NCBI GenBank assembly: GCA_947588925.1
Contig: CANQAT010000002.1
Coordinates: 1 to 48,538, forward strand
Direction of reading: 5' to 3'
Length of the DNA: 48,538 nt
Origin: an uncultured Bacilli bacterium
GTDB lineage: Bacteria > Bacillota_I > Bacilli_A > RF39 > UBA660
Shown here: positions 37,005-45,036 of the stretch, one piece after another
How positions within the stretch are numbered: position 1 is the first letter of the stretch
Layout: the number at the start of each line of letters is the position of its first letter
Made by a program: the position numbers and the translations under genes
Notes under the pieces: generated by a model
Database searches by the model: none
Seen by the model: the letters and a program-made list of their open reading frames with translations, nothing else
What the model was told of the DNA's origin: nothing

Positions 37005-37287
37005 CGATGTGTTCACACCCCAATCTAAATATTTTTTCTACATGTTCATCAGATAAGAAGTAATGTGCTTCTTTACCGCATTTGCAGCACCTAACAAGGT
37101 GAGATGATCTAAGTATTCTAAGTTGATGTGATACTGCGGACTGTGTCATATTAATCTTTTCTGCTATATCACTCACGCACATTCCACCATCAAGCAGGAC
37201 ATTTATAATTTTAATTCTAGTAGAATCTCCAAACATTTTAAAGAGTTCAGATAAGTCTATTGTTTTATCATCATCTAATAATTTCAT
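36994..37287 (-). CDS. ArsR/SmtB-family metalloregulator
   Basis: LFKMFGDSTRIKIINVLLDGGMCVSDIAEKINMTQSAVSHQLRIL is the canonical ArsR wHTH. It overlaps the ATPase gene. Confidence 0.88.
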   Translation of the reverse strand: MKLLDDDKTIDLSELFKMFGDSTRIKIINVLLDGGMCVSDIAEKINMTQSAVSHQLRILRSSHLVRCCKCGKEAHYFLSDEHVEKIFRLGCEHIDEI

Positions 37288-37298
37288 ATTTCACCTCA

Positions 37299-37316
37299 TA
37301 TGAATAATTGTTCATA
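37299..37316 (-). promoter_or_regulatory. candidate ArsR/SmtB operator
   Basis: TATGAA-N6-TTCATA (core TGAA-N6-TTCA) lies immediately upstream of the RBS of the ArsR-family gene. Confidence 0.45.
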
Positions 37317-37362
37317 CATTAATATTATATACCAATATCAAAAAAAAGTACATAGTTTGTAC

Positions 37363-39741
37363 TTAATTTGTTTTAATTTTACCTAGTAATACTTCTAACT
37401 TAGAGTTTTCATCTATCTTAGTACCTGCTTTTATACTTTGACTTGCAACATATCCATATCCTTCAAATGAACAAGGTATTTTTAAAAGTTCACAAAGTTT
37501 TAATACGTCATACCTAGACCAATCTGTAATATCTGGCATTGTATAGTTAACACCATTAGTTACTAAAAATATTTTATCATTTTCTATTAATACAGTACCA
37601 CTTTTTGGATATTGATTAATAATTTTATCTCCATCACCTATAACTACTACATCTATATTTTTACTCTCAAGCATAGTTTTAACAGATGATAAATCTTTAC
37701 TTATATAAGTAGATATTTTATATGAGATATCTTTTGTATTTGTATCTTCACTACTAAATATTTTCTTATATTTAGAAATATTTTTAACTAATTCAGTTAT
37801 GTTTTTTGGTAGTGCGAGACTAGAGCTATGATCTGGTTGTTTGGTTGCTGCATATATAATAATTTCTGGATCCTCTTTAGGATACATAAGAGCAACAGAC
37901 ATAACATAATCATTATCTCCAGTTAGATATTTACCGTTTTCAAATATTTGAGCAGTACCAGTTTTACCTATTATATCATATCCTTCCAAGTAGTATCTAC
38001 TTCCTGTAGGTCCATCTGGTTGAATTACGCTTTCCATCAAATCTTTTATTTTTTGAATAGTTTCATCACTTACTAGTTTTTCACTCTTACTTATTTTAGT
38101 TACTTCCTCACTTCCAGTATTAGTATCAACTATTTTACTTATTATATGAGGTTTTATCATAACCCCATTATTAGCGATTATTGTAAGAGCTTGCAACTGT
38201 TGTATTGGAGTTATTGATATACCTTGTCCAAATCCTGCAGACATTAATTCTGTTTCATATTTGAATGAGAGATTACCAGTCTCCTCACCAGATAACTCAA
38301 TATCAGTTTTACTATTAAATCCGTAACTTTCTAGACATGTTTTAAGCTTATCTAGAGATAAATAATCTTTAATTATGTTTATTATAGCTACATTTGATGA
38401 ATAGCTAAATCCTTGATCATAAGTAAGATATCCCCATCCTTTTTTATCCCAGTCATGGATAATAGTTCCATCATCAAATTTAAACTCTCCACTAAGATAA
38501 GTTTTATTACCATCATAATTACCTGTTTCAAGGGCACACATGTATGTATATATCTTCATAACACTTCCGGGTTCATATGGATCTGATACTAGTTTATTTT
38601 GATAGCTCATATTATCTGGTAGACTATTTGGATTATATGATGGGCTTGTGGCTGAGGCAAGTATACTTCCATCTTTTGCGTCCATAACAGTTACAATTGT
38701 CCATTTAGAATTAAATTCATCCTGTATATTATTAACTGTACTTTCTGCAAATCTTTGGATATTAGAATCAAGTGTCAAGTATATATCATATCCATTTTTA
38801 GATTCCACTTTTTCTTCTGGTGTGTCCGGTATTTTATATCCATATTTGTCCTGTTGATATTTTATATATCCATCCTCACCATCTAATTCAGATTCGAAAT
38901 GGCTTTCTATTCCTAGCTCTCCCACGATAGTATTATCTAAAACTTTAAAAGCGTCATAATTAGTAACATTAACTACTATGTTTTCAAGTATATTACCATT
39001 AGTTTTTATACGTAGTATTGTAGTACCTTTTTTTAAAGCCTCCACTGTTGTTCCATCTATTTTAACTATACTATCATCAAGTGTATCTACTGTAACATTT
39101 GGATAATTAGTAAAATACCCTTTATAATATGTATATAAATCATACTTATCTTTAATTTTAATATTTATTCTATTATACTGTTTTGCATATCCTATCAAAT
39201 AAGAAGCAAAGTTCCCGTTAGGATAGTACCTTTTTACAGTTTCATTAAAAGATATTCCCGGCAAATCTAATTCTTCTATTGCAAGTTTAGTAAGTTCAGT
39301 TAAGTTTCTTCCTACATTTCCAAATTCAACTTGTTTAGCCTTACTATTTAGTCTTTCTAATATATAGTCTTTGTTTTCCTCACCTAATATAGAGGCAAGT
39401 TTTACTGCAGTATATTCTTTATCTTGGACGTGCTGCGGAATAGAATCATCAGTGGTTTTAGATGGGTCTAGATACGCAACTAATGTGTATGAAGTTATAT
39501 TTTGAGCAAGTACATTGCCTTCATGATCGTAAATTGTACCTCTTTTAGCGGTCAATATATCTGTTACTGTATTTCTGGTTGAAGCAAATTCTTTCATGTT
39601 GATACCATAAACATTTTTTGATAAACTCAAATAACAAAATTGTATAAAAAGAACTAACATTATTAAAGAAAATACTGTAAAACATATAAAAGGTGCTTTA
39701 AAAGGCTTTGTCTTATCATTAATATTTCTCTTGTTATTCAT
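37363..39741 (-). CDS. class B penicillin-binding protein (PBP2B/FtsI-like) with an Ig-like insertion and two PASTA domains
   Basis: SxxK (GSVMK), SxN (SSN), KTG (GKTGTAQ). Two C-terminal PASTA-like units. Located downstream of ftsL in the dcw order. Confidence 0.88.
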   Translation of the reverse strand: MNNKRNINDKTKPFKAPFICFTVFSLIMLVLFIQFCYLSLSKNVYGINMKEFASTRNTVTDILTAKRGTIYDHEGNVLAQNITSYTLVAYLDPSKTTDDSIPQHVQDKEYTAVKLASILGEENKDYILERLNSKAKQVEFGNVGRNLTELTKLAIEELDLPGISFNETVKRYYPNGNFASYLIGYAKQYNRINIKIKDKYDLYTYYKGYFTNYPNVTVDTLDDSIVKIDGTTVEALKKGTTILRIKTNGNILENIVVNVTNYDAFKVLDNTIVGELGIESHFESELDGEDGYIKYQQDKYGYKIPDTPEEKVESKNGYDIYLTLDSNIQRFAESTVNNIQDEFNSKWTIVTVMDAKDGSILASATSPSYNPNSLPDNMSYQNKLVSDPYEPGSVMKIYTYMCALETGNYDGNKTYLSGEFKFDDGTIIHDWDKKGWGYLTYDQGFSYSSNVAIINIIKDYLSLDKLKTCLESYGFNSKTDIELSGEETGNLSFKYETELMSAGFGQGISITPIQQLQALTIIANNGVMIKPHIISKIVDTNTGSEEVTKISKSEKLVSDETIQKIKDLMESVIQPDGPTGSRYYLEGYDIIGKTGTAQIFENGKYLTGDNDYVMSVALMYPKEDPEIIIYAATKQPDHSSSLALPKNITELVKNISKYKKIFSSEDTNTKDISYKISTYISKDLSSVKTMLESKNIDVVVIGDGDKIINQYPKSGTVLIENDKIFLVTNGVNYTMPDITDWSRYDVLKLCELLKIPCSFEGYGYVASQSIKAGTKIDENSKLEVLLGKIKTN

Positions 39742-39823
39742 ATAATCATCCTATCCTATATACATTATATCATTTATAAAATTATAAGTAAATAAAGAAA
39801 AACATATAAGAAATCTTATATAT

Positions 39824-40117
39824 TTATTTAACTACTACTATATTTTCATTGTTGTATGCAAGTCCCATATCTTTTAATATATCTTTTAAATTTTCAAATG
39901 ATGTAAGCTCGTTTACTTGCATTTTTAAACTTTGATTTTTCTTTTCTTGGTTTTCTATCTTATAGTTAATCTTTTCTATATCCATTTTAAGATTGCCTAT
40001 ACTAGCACTAGAAAAAACTCTTATAACAATCGTAAAAATAATACTCATAAAACCTAATGTATATAACATTTTTTCACCTTTAGTACATCTTACTATCCTT
40101 CTAGTACTCTTTTTCAT
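39824..40117 (-). CDS. ftsL: FtsL-like cell division protein
   Basis: 97 aa with a short basic N-terminus, one TM helix and a coiled-coil-like tail. Its position between rsmH and the PBP gene is canonical. Confidence 0.6.
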   Translation of the reverse strand: MKKSTRRIVRCTKGEKMLYTLGFMSIIFTIVIRVFSSASIGNLKMDIEKINYKIENQEKKNQSLKMQVNELTSFENLKDILKDMGLAYNNENIVVVK

Positions 40118-40121
40118 ATTA

Positions 40122-41024
40122 TCAAACTCTTTCTATTATTCTTAGTTTAGCACTCCTAGCTCTAGGATTATTTTCTATCTCAGCTTTGCTAGGTGTTACT
40201 GTCTTTAACACCTTATATTTTGGCATATATTCATCTGGTATTACTGGCAAATGTTTTAAATTTTCATCTATCTTACTTACATCATTAAATATGTTTTTAC
40301 ATATTTTATCTTCTAATGAATGAAATGTAATAACGCATATTCTACCTTTAGAATTTAAAAGTTCTAATGCGTCTTTTAAGCTTTTTTCAAATACATTTAA
40401 TTCATCATTAACTTCTATTCTTATTGCTTGAAATACTTTTCTAGCTGGATGTTTTTCTCTTTTGTATTTCTCGGGAACACTCTTTTTTATTACTTCAACT
40501 AGTTCTAAAGTAGTATTTATAGGTCTTGATTTTATTATTTCTTTAGCAATACTTGTTGAATATTTTTCCTCACCATACTTATAAAAGATTTCAACTAGTT
40601 TTTCATATGAGTAGGTATTGACTACTTTATAAGCGTCTAACTTATTATTTTTATCCATTCTCATATCAAGTTTTGCGTCTTTGTGGAAACTAAAGCCTCT
40701 ATAATCTTCATCTAGCTGTGGACTAGACACACCAAGATCATAAAGAATAGCGTCTACTTTAAATATGTTTCTTTTTTCTAGTTCTTCTTTTATATTTACA
40801 AAATTGCTATTAATTATTTCAAAGTTCTTACCTATTTTGTTTAAGGTTTCCCTGCTAGATGAGATAGCTTCTATATCTTGATCAAATGCATATAAGAAGC
40901 CACATTTCTTTAGTATTTCACTACTATGTCCGGCGTAACCAAGTGTACAATCTACTACGATACTCTTATCATTTATATTTAAGCTATCTAATGCTTCATT
41001 TAGTAAAACTGATACATGTTTCAT
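40122..41024 (-). CDS. rsmH: 16S rRNA (cytosine1402-N4)-methyltransferase
   Basis: HVSVLLNEALDSL, DCTLGYAGHS, ILYDLGVSSPQLD, ITFHSLEDK. Confidence 0.93.
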   Translation of the reverse strand: MKHVSVLLNEALDSLNINDKSIVVDCTLGYAGHSSEILKKCGFLYAFDQDIEAISSSRETLNKIGKNFEIINSNFVNIKEELEKRNIFKVDAILYDLGVSSPQLDEDYRGFSFHKDAKLDMRMDKNNKLDAYKVVNTYSYEKLVEIFYKYGEEKYSTSIAKEIIKSRPINTTLELVEVIKKSVPEKYKREKHPARKVFQAIRIEVNDELNVFEKSLKDALELLNSKGRICVITFHSLEDKICKNIFNDVSKIDENLKHLPVIPDEYMPKYKVLKTVTPSKAEIENNPRARSAKLRIIERV

Positions 41025-41455
41025 AAGTTATAATTACTTGAGAAAAGGCTATCTGCAATATCTGATAAATTCTCTTCGTTTTCTTTGATAAACTCTTCCC
41101 AACGTTCCTTGCTCCATATTTCTAGTTTTTCATCTACGCCTATAATTATGCAATCTTTTTCTAGCTTAGCAAATTCAATCAATGGATTTGGAATATTAAT
41201 TCTACCCATTTTATCATATTCGCAGATTGTCGCTCCAGATAAGAATATTCTCATAAATTGTCTTTTATCTTTAGTATCAGGTAGTTCTTTATATTTAGCT
41301 ATTATCTTATCCCATTCACATTTTGGATATAAGAATAAACAACCATCAAGTCCACGAGTAACTATAAAATTTTCACCTAAATCATCACGAACCTTTGATG
41401 GAACAATGATTCTTCCTTTAGAATCTATACTGTGATGATACTCCCCCATAAACAT
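41021..41455 (-). CDS. mraZ: transcriptional regulator MraZ
   Basis: Start taken at MFMGEYHHSIDSKGRIIVP (ATG 41455). Second DxxGR unit is YDKMGRINIP. 4-nt overlap with rsmH. Confidence 0.92.
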   Translation of the reverse strand: MFMGEYHHSIDSKGRIIVPSKVRDDLGENFIVTRGLDGCLFLYPKCEWDKIIAKYKELPDTKDKRQFMRIFLSGATICEYDKMGRINIPNPLIEFAKLEKDCIIIGVDEKLEIWSKERWEEFIKENEENLSDIADSLFSSNYNL

Positions 41456-41464
41456 AGTTATCAA

Positions 41465-41528
41465 CCACCTTTTACCACTTTCTTACACCTTGTACCACCA
41501 TTATACAAAAAATATTACTATTTGTAAA
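41465..41528 (-). promoter_or_regulatory. mraZ promoter with four phased MraZ-box-like repeats
   Basis: Minus strand reads TTTACA(41523-41528), 17 nt spacer, TATAAT(41500-41505). It is followed by GGTGG, GGTGT, AGTGG, GGTGG at exact 10-nt spacing (plus-strand CCACC 41495-41499, ACACC 41485-41489, CCACT 41475-41479, CCACC 41465-41469). Confidence 0.55.
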
Positions 41529-41570
41529 TACTTTTTGTATTAAAAAAAAAGATTTTTGATCTTTTTTACA

Positions 41571-41921
41571 TTAATCCTTAGGTTGAAAAATTAATGATAG
41601 TACAAATGAGAATACTATAGCTGCAACTATTCCAGATGAAGTTAAATCAAACATACCCATGAATAGTCCCATAACTCCAAAGTTGTTTACTGTATCCATA
41701 GCCCCGTGTATAAGCAAATGTCCAAATGATGTAATTGGAACAAGAGCTCCTCCACCTGCCCAAAGTACAAACTTATCATAGACATTAAATACATCTAGGA
41801 ATGCTCCTACTATTACAAATATAGTAGTTATATGACCGGGTGTTAATTTTGTATTATCGAGTATTATTTGTCCTATTAAACATATAAGACCACAGAATAA
41901 AAACGCATTAAAGTATATCAT
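41571..41921 (-). CDS. spoVAE: stage V sporulation protein AE (SpoVAEB-type)
   Basis: 116-aa membrane protein (LICLIGQIILDNTKLTPGHIT), third gene after the spoVAC and spoVAD homologues. Confidence 0.85.
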   Translation of the reverse strand: MIYFNAFLFCGLICLIGQIILDNTKLTPGHITTIFVIVGAFLDVFNVYDKFVLWAGGGALVPITSFGHLLIHGAMDTVNNFGVMGLFMGMFDLTSSGIVAAIVFSFVLSLIFQPKD

Positions 41922-42906
41922 CTATTGCCTCCAAACTTACTGCATGACTAATACTTGGAATAGATAAGTGTTGATTACACATCGTAGTATTCATTAAGGC
42001 ACCTGTTGCGACTAATAATACTTTTTTTAATTTTCCTTTTTTCATTCTATCAAATACATACGAATACGTAACAAGTGGTAGACATGCAGGTCCACTACCT
42101 CCACTATATACAGGTTGCTTATCTAAATCAAATATCATGCATGCAGAATCATCATAGTTTTTTAAATTAATATCATATTCCTTTTTTATATATTCTTTAA
42201 GTATTGCTTTACCTACTAATCCTAGATCACCAGTAAGTATAAGGTCATAGTAATCAAGTGTTCTATTGGTATCTTTTAAATGATCGCTTATAACTTTAGC
42301 AGCAGATGGAGCCATTACAGCTCCCATATTAAATACATCTGTCACACCCATATCTATTACAGTACCAAGGGTCGCAGACTCTACTCTTATTTTAGATTTT
42401 TCACTTGATAAATAACTAGAGGCACACCCTGTTGTTGTAAATGTTGTATATTCTTTCTTAGGTCCTCCATACTCAACCGGATTTCTAAATTGTTTTTCTG
42501 CTCCATTGTTGTGTGATGAAGCTGTTACTATTGCATTTTTTATTTGTTTAGCTTCTATCATATTGCTTGCAAGTAGTATACTTAAAGTACTTATTGAACA
42601 AGCACTATATATGCCTATTAAAGGTATGCCTATTTTAGCTGATGCATAATTAGTCGCAACCATTTGATTTAATAAGTCCCCACCTATATGTACATCTACT
42701 TCATTACTCTTTTTATTTAACTTTTTTAAAAGTAAGTCTACGCTATCATTTATTGCTCTTACCTCTGCTTGTTCCCAAGTTTTCTCACCGAAGTAAAAAT
42801 CATCGTAATTTTTATCAAATAGTTTAGATAGTGGGCCCATAGCTTCATATGGTCCAACTACGCTAGAGGTATCATTTATGTATACATTCTTATATTTAAA
42901 TGTCAT
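41908..42906 (-). CDS. spoVAD: stage V sporulation protein AD
   Basis: 332 aa, thiolase-like. Begins TFKYKNVYINDTSSVVGPYE and is flanked by spoVAC and spoVAE. Confidence 0.9.
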   Translation of the reverse strand: MTFKYKNVYINDTSSVVGPYEAMGPLSKLFDKNYDDFYFGEKTWEQAEVRAINDSVDLLLKKLNKKSNEVDVHIGGDLLNQMVATNYASAKIGIPLIGIYSACSISTLSILLASNMIEAKQIKNAIVTASSHNNGAEKQFRNPVEYGGPKKEYTTFTTTGCASSYLSSEKSKIRVESATLGTVIDMGVTDVFNMGAVMAPSAAKVISDHLKDTNRTLDYYDLILTGDLGLVGKAILKEYIKKEYDINLKNYDDSACMIFDLDKQPVYSGGSGPACLPLVTYSYVFDRMKKGKLKKVLLVATGALMNTTMCNQHLSIPSISHAVSLEAIDDIL

Positions 42907-42907
42907 A

Positions 42908-43348
42908 TTAACCTCCCATCACAAATAGTCTTATAAGTCCAAATATATAAGCACTTACAACGCCAAATATAATTACTGAACCTGCAAGTTTAAACATATT
43001 TGCGCCTATTCCAGTTACAAGACCTTCTTTTCTATATTCAAGGGCTGCGCTCTGGCAGGCGTGTGCGAAACCAGTAATTGGAACGATAAGTCCACATCGT
43101 GCGAAATTTACCCATTTATCAAAAAATCCAAGACAGGTTAAAAAGCAACCTACAAATACGAGTGTTATTATCATGAAAACACTTGCGTCTTTACTAGATA
43201 AGTTAAAGTAAAATGAGTATGCGTCTACTAAGAAATTACCAAGTACACCCATAAATCCTCCAATTAAAAATGCAATAATTGCATTTCTTAACCTTGATTC
43301 TTTTGGGGTTAGTTTATCTACTATTTTTTTATATTCCTTTTTTTCCAT
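42908..43348 (-). CDS. spoVAC: stage V sporulation protein AC
   Basis: Start at ATG 43348 (GGGAGG RBS). Contains LTPKESRLRNAIIAFLIGGFMGVLGN, the typical SpoVAC N-terminus. Confidence 0.88.
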   Translation of the reverse strand: MEKKEYKKIVDKLTPKESRLRNAIIAFLIGGFMGVLGNFLVDAYSFYFNLSSKDASVFMIITLVFVGCFLTCLGFFDKWVNFARCGLIVPITGFAHACQSAALEYRKEGLVTGIGANMFKLAGSVIIFGVVSAYIFGLIRLFVMGG

Positions 43349-43366
43349 AAAAAATCCTCCCATTCC

Positions 43367-43395
43367 TATTATGAGAAGATTTTTTAATATTATTC
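43367..43395 (-). promoter_or_regulatory. candidate sigma-G-type forespore promoter of the spoVA operon
   Basis: Minus strand reads GAATA(43391-43395), 17 nt spacer, CATAATA(43367-43373), matching GHATR-17/18-CATxxTA. Confidence 0.5.
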
Positions 43396-43572
43396 TTTAT
43401 TTTTATATTTATTAATTTTTCTAATTATTTATACTATTTGCCATATATTATATCTGCTCGCAGACAATTTAGACGATAAATTCATTATACTTTTGAAGTT
43501 CAAAAGTATTATCTACATAGTCTAAACCACTTGGTTTTCTTTTAAATTTTGGTATACTCATATAAACCTCTA

Positions 43573-44646
43573 TTAGCTAAGTCGGAAAGCTGGAGCTACG
43601 CTATGGGTAAAATTAGCATACGTGGAGCTAAAATTGCCGGCACCACCCACGCGCCAGAAATGGCTAATCTCTTTAGAATAAGCCGAGCGAAGCCACCAGT
43701 AGTCTGCACTACCATCGTATTTTTTTATAGCGCTGGAATAATTATAAGTAATTATCTCTTGTTCATAATAATCTAACTGGCGTGTGTTTTCCCAATCTGT
43801 GTATTTATCTATTAAATCTGAGGCTTCATTCCCCCATACTTCACGTGGCGACAATAAATATAATTTATCTTCTGTTACAAAGTTTTGTTCACCTACAGTT
43901 GATCCATGTCCTGATATTACTCTTGTGTCTGCTATAGCATTTTGTAATTCTTCTGGTAATGCATTAAAGACTGTTCCACTACCATCTTCACTAGCAGTAA
44001 CATTTAGATATTTCCTCATCGCACTATCTCTCCATCCGCCTACATTTGTAGCAGTTGAATTCATTTCTTGTTCAGATATGACATCTACAAACTCTACTAC
44101 AAATCCGCAAGCTGTTTGTGAAAAATTAGAGGCTTTACATTCTGATGGCGTTGAAGTATTAGCAAGTCTTACTGTAAAGTTTTTATTGAACTCACCACCT
44201 AAATATATTGTTTTCTCATCTCCTACTCTGTACTTTTCACCTTTTCCTGCTTTTACATTTCTTATTATGGTTTCCCATGAATCAGTTGCAAACGATATTG
44301 GACAACTATTCTCTTGATATTCATATGAGTATTTATATGACTCATATTTTATATTTACTGAACCTGGTAAAGTTTCTCTTGTTTTAGGATCTATTACATC
44401 ATTTGATTCGATATATCCCATACTTATTAAATCAGATATATCTACACATTCTTCATTCTTCTTTATTCCTTCTTGTAGATGATATATTTCTGCTGCTGCC
44501 TCTATCTGCTTTCTTTGTACATTTGATAATGATTTTTTAGAATCATTAAGTATTGAGTTAACAGAAAGTATTGTAATTGTTAATAATACACCTAATATTA
44601 TTATTACTGCCAATAACTCCATAAGTGTAAAACCTTTATTTCTCAT
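43573..44646 (-). CDS. prepilin-type N-terminal domain protein with DUF6273-like C-terminal module
   Basis: GGGAGG RBS. N-terminus MRNKG|FTLMELLAVIIILGVLL. The C-terminal part has GGWRDSAMRKYLN...KLYLLSPREVWG...YWWLRSAY...VAPAFRL, a pattern I recognise as DUF6273-like. Confidence 0.8.
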   Translation of the reverse strand: MRNKGFTLMELLAVIIILGVLLTITILSVNSILNDSKKSLSNVQRKQIEAAAEIYHLQEGIKKNEECVDISDLISMGYIESNDVIDPKTRETLPGSVNIKYESYKYSYEYQENSCPISFATDSWETIIRNVKAGKGEKYRVGDEKTIYLGGEFNKNFTVRLANTSTPSECKASNFSQTACGFVVEFVDVISEQEMNSTATNVGGWRDSAMRKYLNVTASEDGSGTVFNALPEELQNAIADTRVISGHGSTVGEQNFVTEDKLYLLSPREVWGNEASDLIDKYTDWENTRQLDYYEQEIITYNYSSAIKKYDGSADYWWLRSAYSKEISHFWRVGGAGNFSSTYANFTHSVAPAFRLS

Positions 44647-44674
44647 ATTTATTCCTCCCTAGTCTTACACTCTT

Positions 44675-44703
44675 ATTATCTCATCACTCTATCCACCTGT
44701 CAA
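44675..44703 (-). promoter_or_regulatory. candidate sigma-A promoter of the DUF6273-type prepilin-like gene (conserved with 21114-21143)
   Basis: Minus strand reads TTGACA(44698-44703), 17 nt spacer, GATAAT(44675-44680). Confidence 0.5.
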
Positions 44704-44770
44704 TAGGAAAACTTGTTTGTGCGAGTAATTTAGAACGTTTTCTGTAAAATGATTTTACTTAATTATTACT

Positions 44771-44799
44771 ATAAAAAGTGGTTCTTCAAAAACCACTTT
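44771..44799 (-). terminator. intrinsic terminator downstream of tRNA-Lys
   Basis: 9-bp stem AAAGTGGTT(44775-44783)/AACCACTTT(44791-44799) with a 7-nt loop. The minus strand is followed by TTTTAT. Confidence 0.55.
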
Positions 44800-44819
44800 A
44801 AAATATAAACTTAATAAGA

Positions 44820-44895
44820 TGGTGGACCGTTAGGGATTCGAACCCTAGACCCACTGATTAAGAGTCAGTTGCTCTACCGACTGAGCTAACGGTCC
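44820..44895 (-). tRNA. tRNA-Lys (anticodon CTT), CCA encoded
   Basis: 76-nt cloverleaf folded by hand: acceptor GGACCGT/ACGGTCC, D arm GCTC-AGTCGGTA-GAGC, anticodon arm ACTGA-CTCTTAA-TCAGT, variable GGGTC, T arm TAGGG-TTCGAAT-CCCTA, then A-CCA. Confidence 0.93.
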
Positions 44896-44908
44896 ATCAC
44901 TGTTATTA

Positions 44909-44936
44909 AGTATATCATAATTTTTTAAAAAGTCAA
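44909..44936 (-). promoter_or_regulatory. candidate sigma-A promoter of tRNA-Lys
   Basis: Minus strand reads TTGACT(44931-44936), 16 nt spacer, TGaTATACT (extended -10, 44909-44914). It lies 13 nt upstream of the mature 5' end. Confidence 0.5.
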
Positions 44937-45036
44937 ACACTTTTCATGAAATTATTTCTTTTCAGTTGAGTTTTTAACGAAATTATATGAATCTTTTTAC
45001 ATAACAGCATAATTTTACAAAGTCTCTTAAAAATAA

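Noticed and set aside
29445-37362. Integrase, transposase, or terminal direct repeats that would define the accessory region as a mobile element
   Set aside because: No recombinase-like ORF is present in any frame. I could not find convincing flanking direct repeats by eye, so this needs a computational repeat search.
43440-43572. Palindrome ACTTTTGAA-g-TTCAAAAGT downstream of the DUF6273-type gene as a terminator
   Set aside because: It has a one-nucleotide centre, which gives a poor loop, and no following U-run. It may still be a protein-binding site, but there is no supporting evidence.
43549-44317. Plus-strand ORFs 43549-43776 and 43784-44317 (177 aa) opposite the DUF6273-type prepilin-like gene
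   Set aside because: The minus-strand frame has an RBS, a prepilin leader and recognisable domain motifs. The plus-strand translations are Ser/Thr/Phe-rich without motifs.
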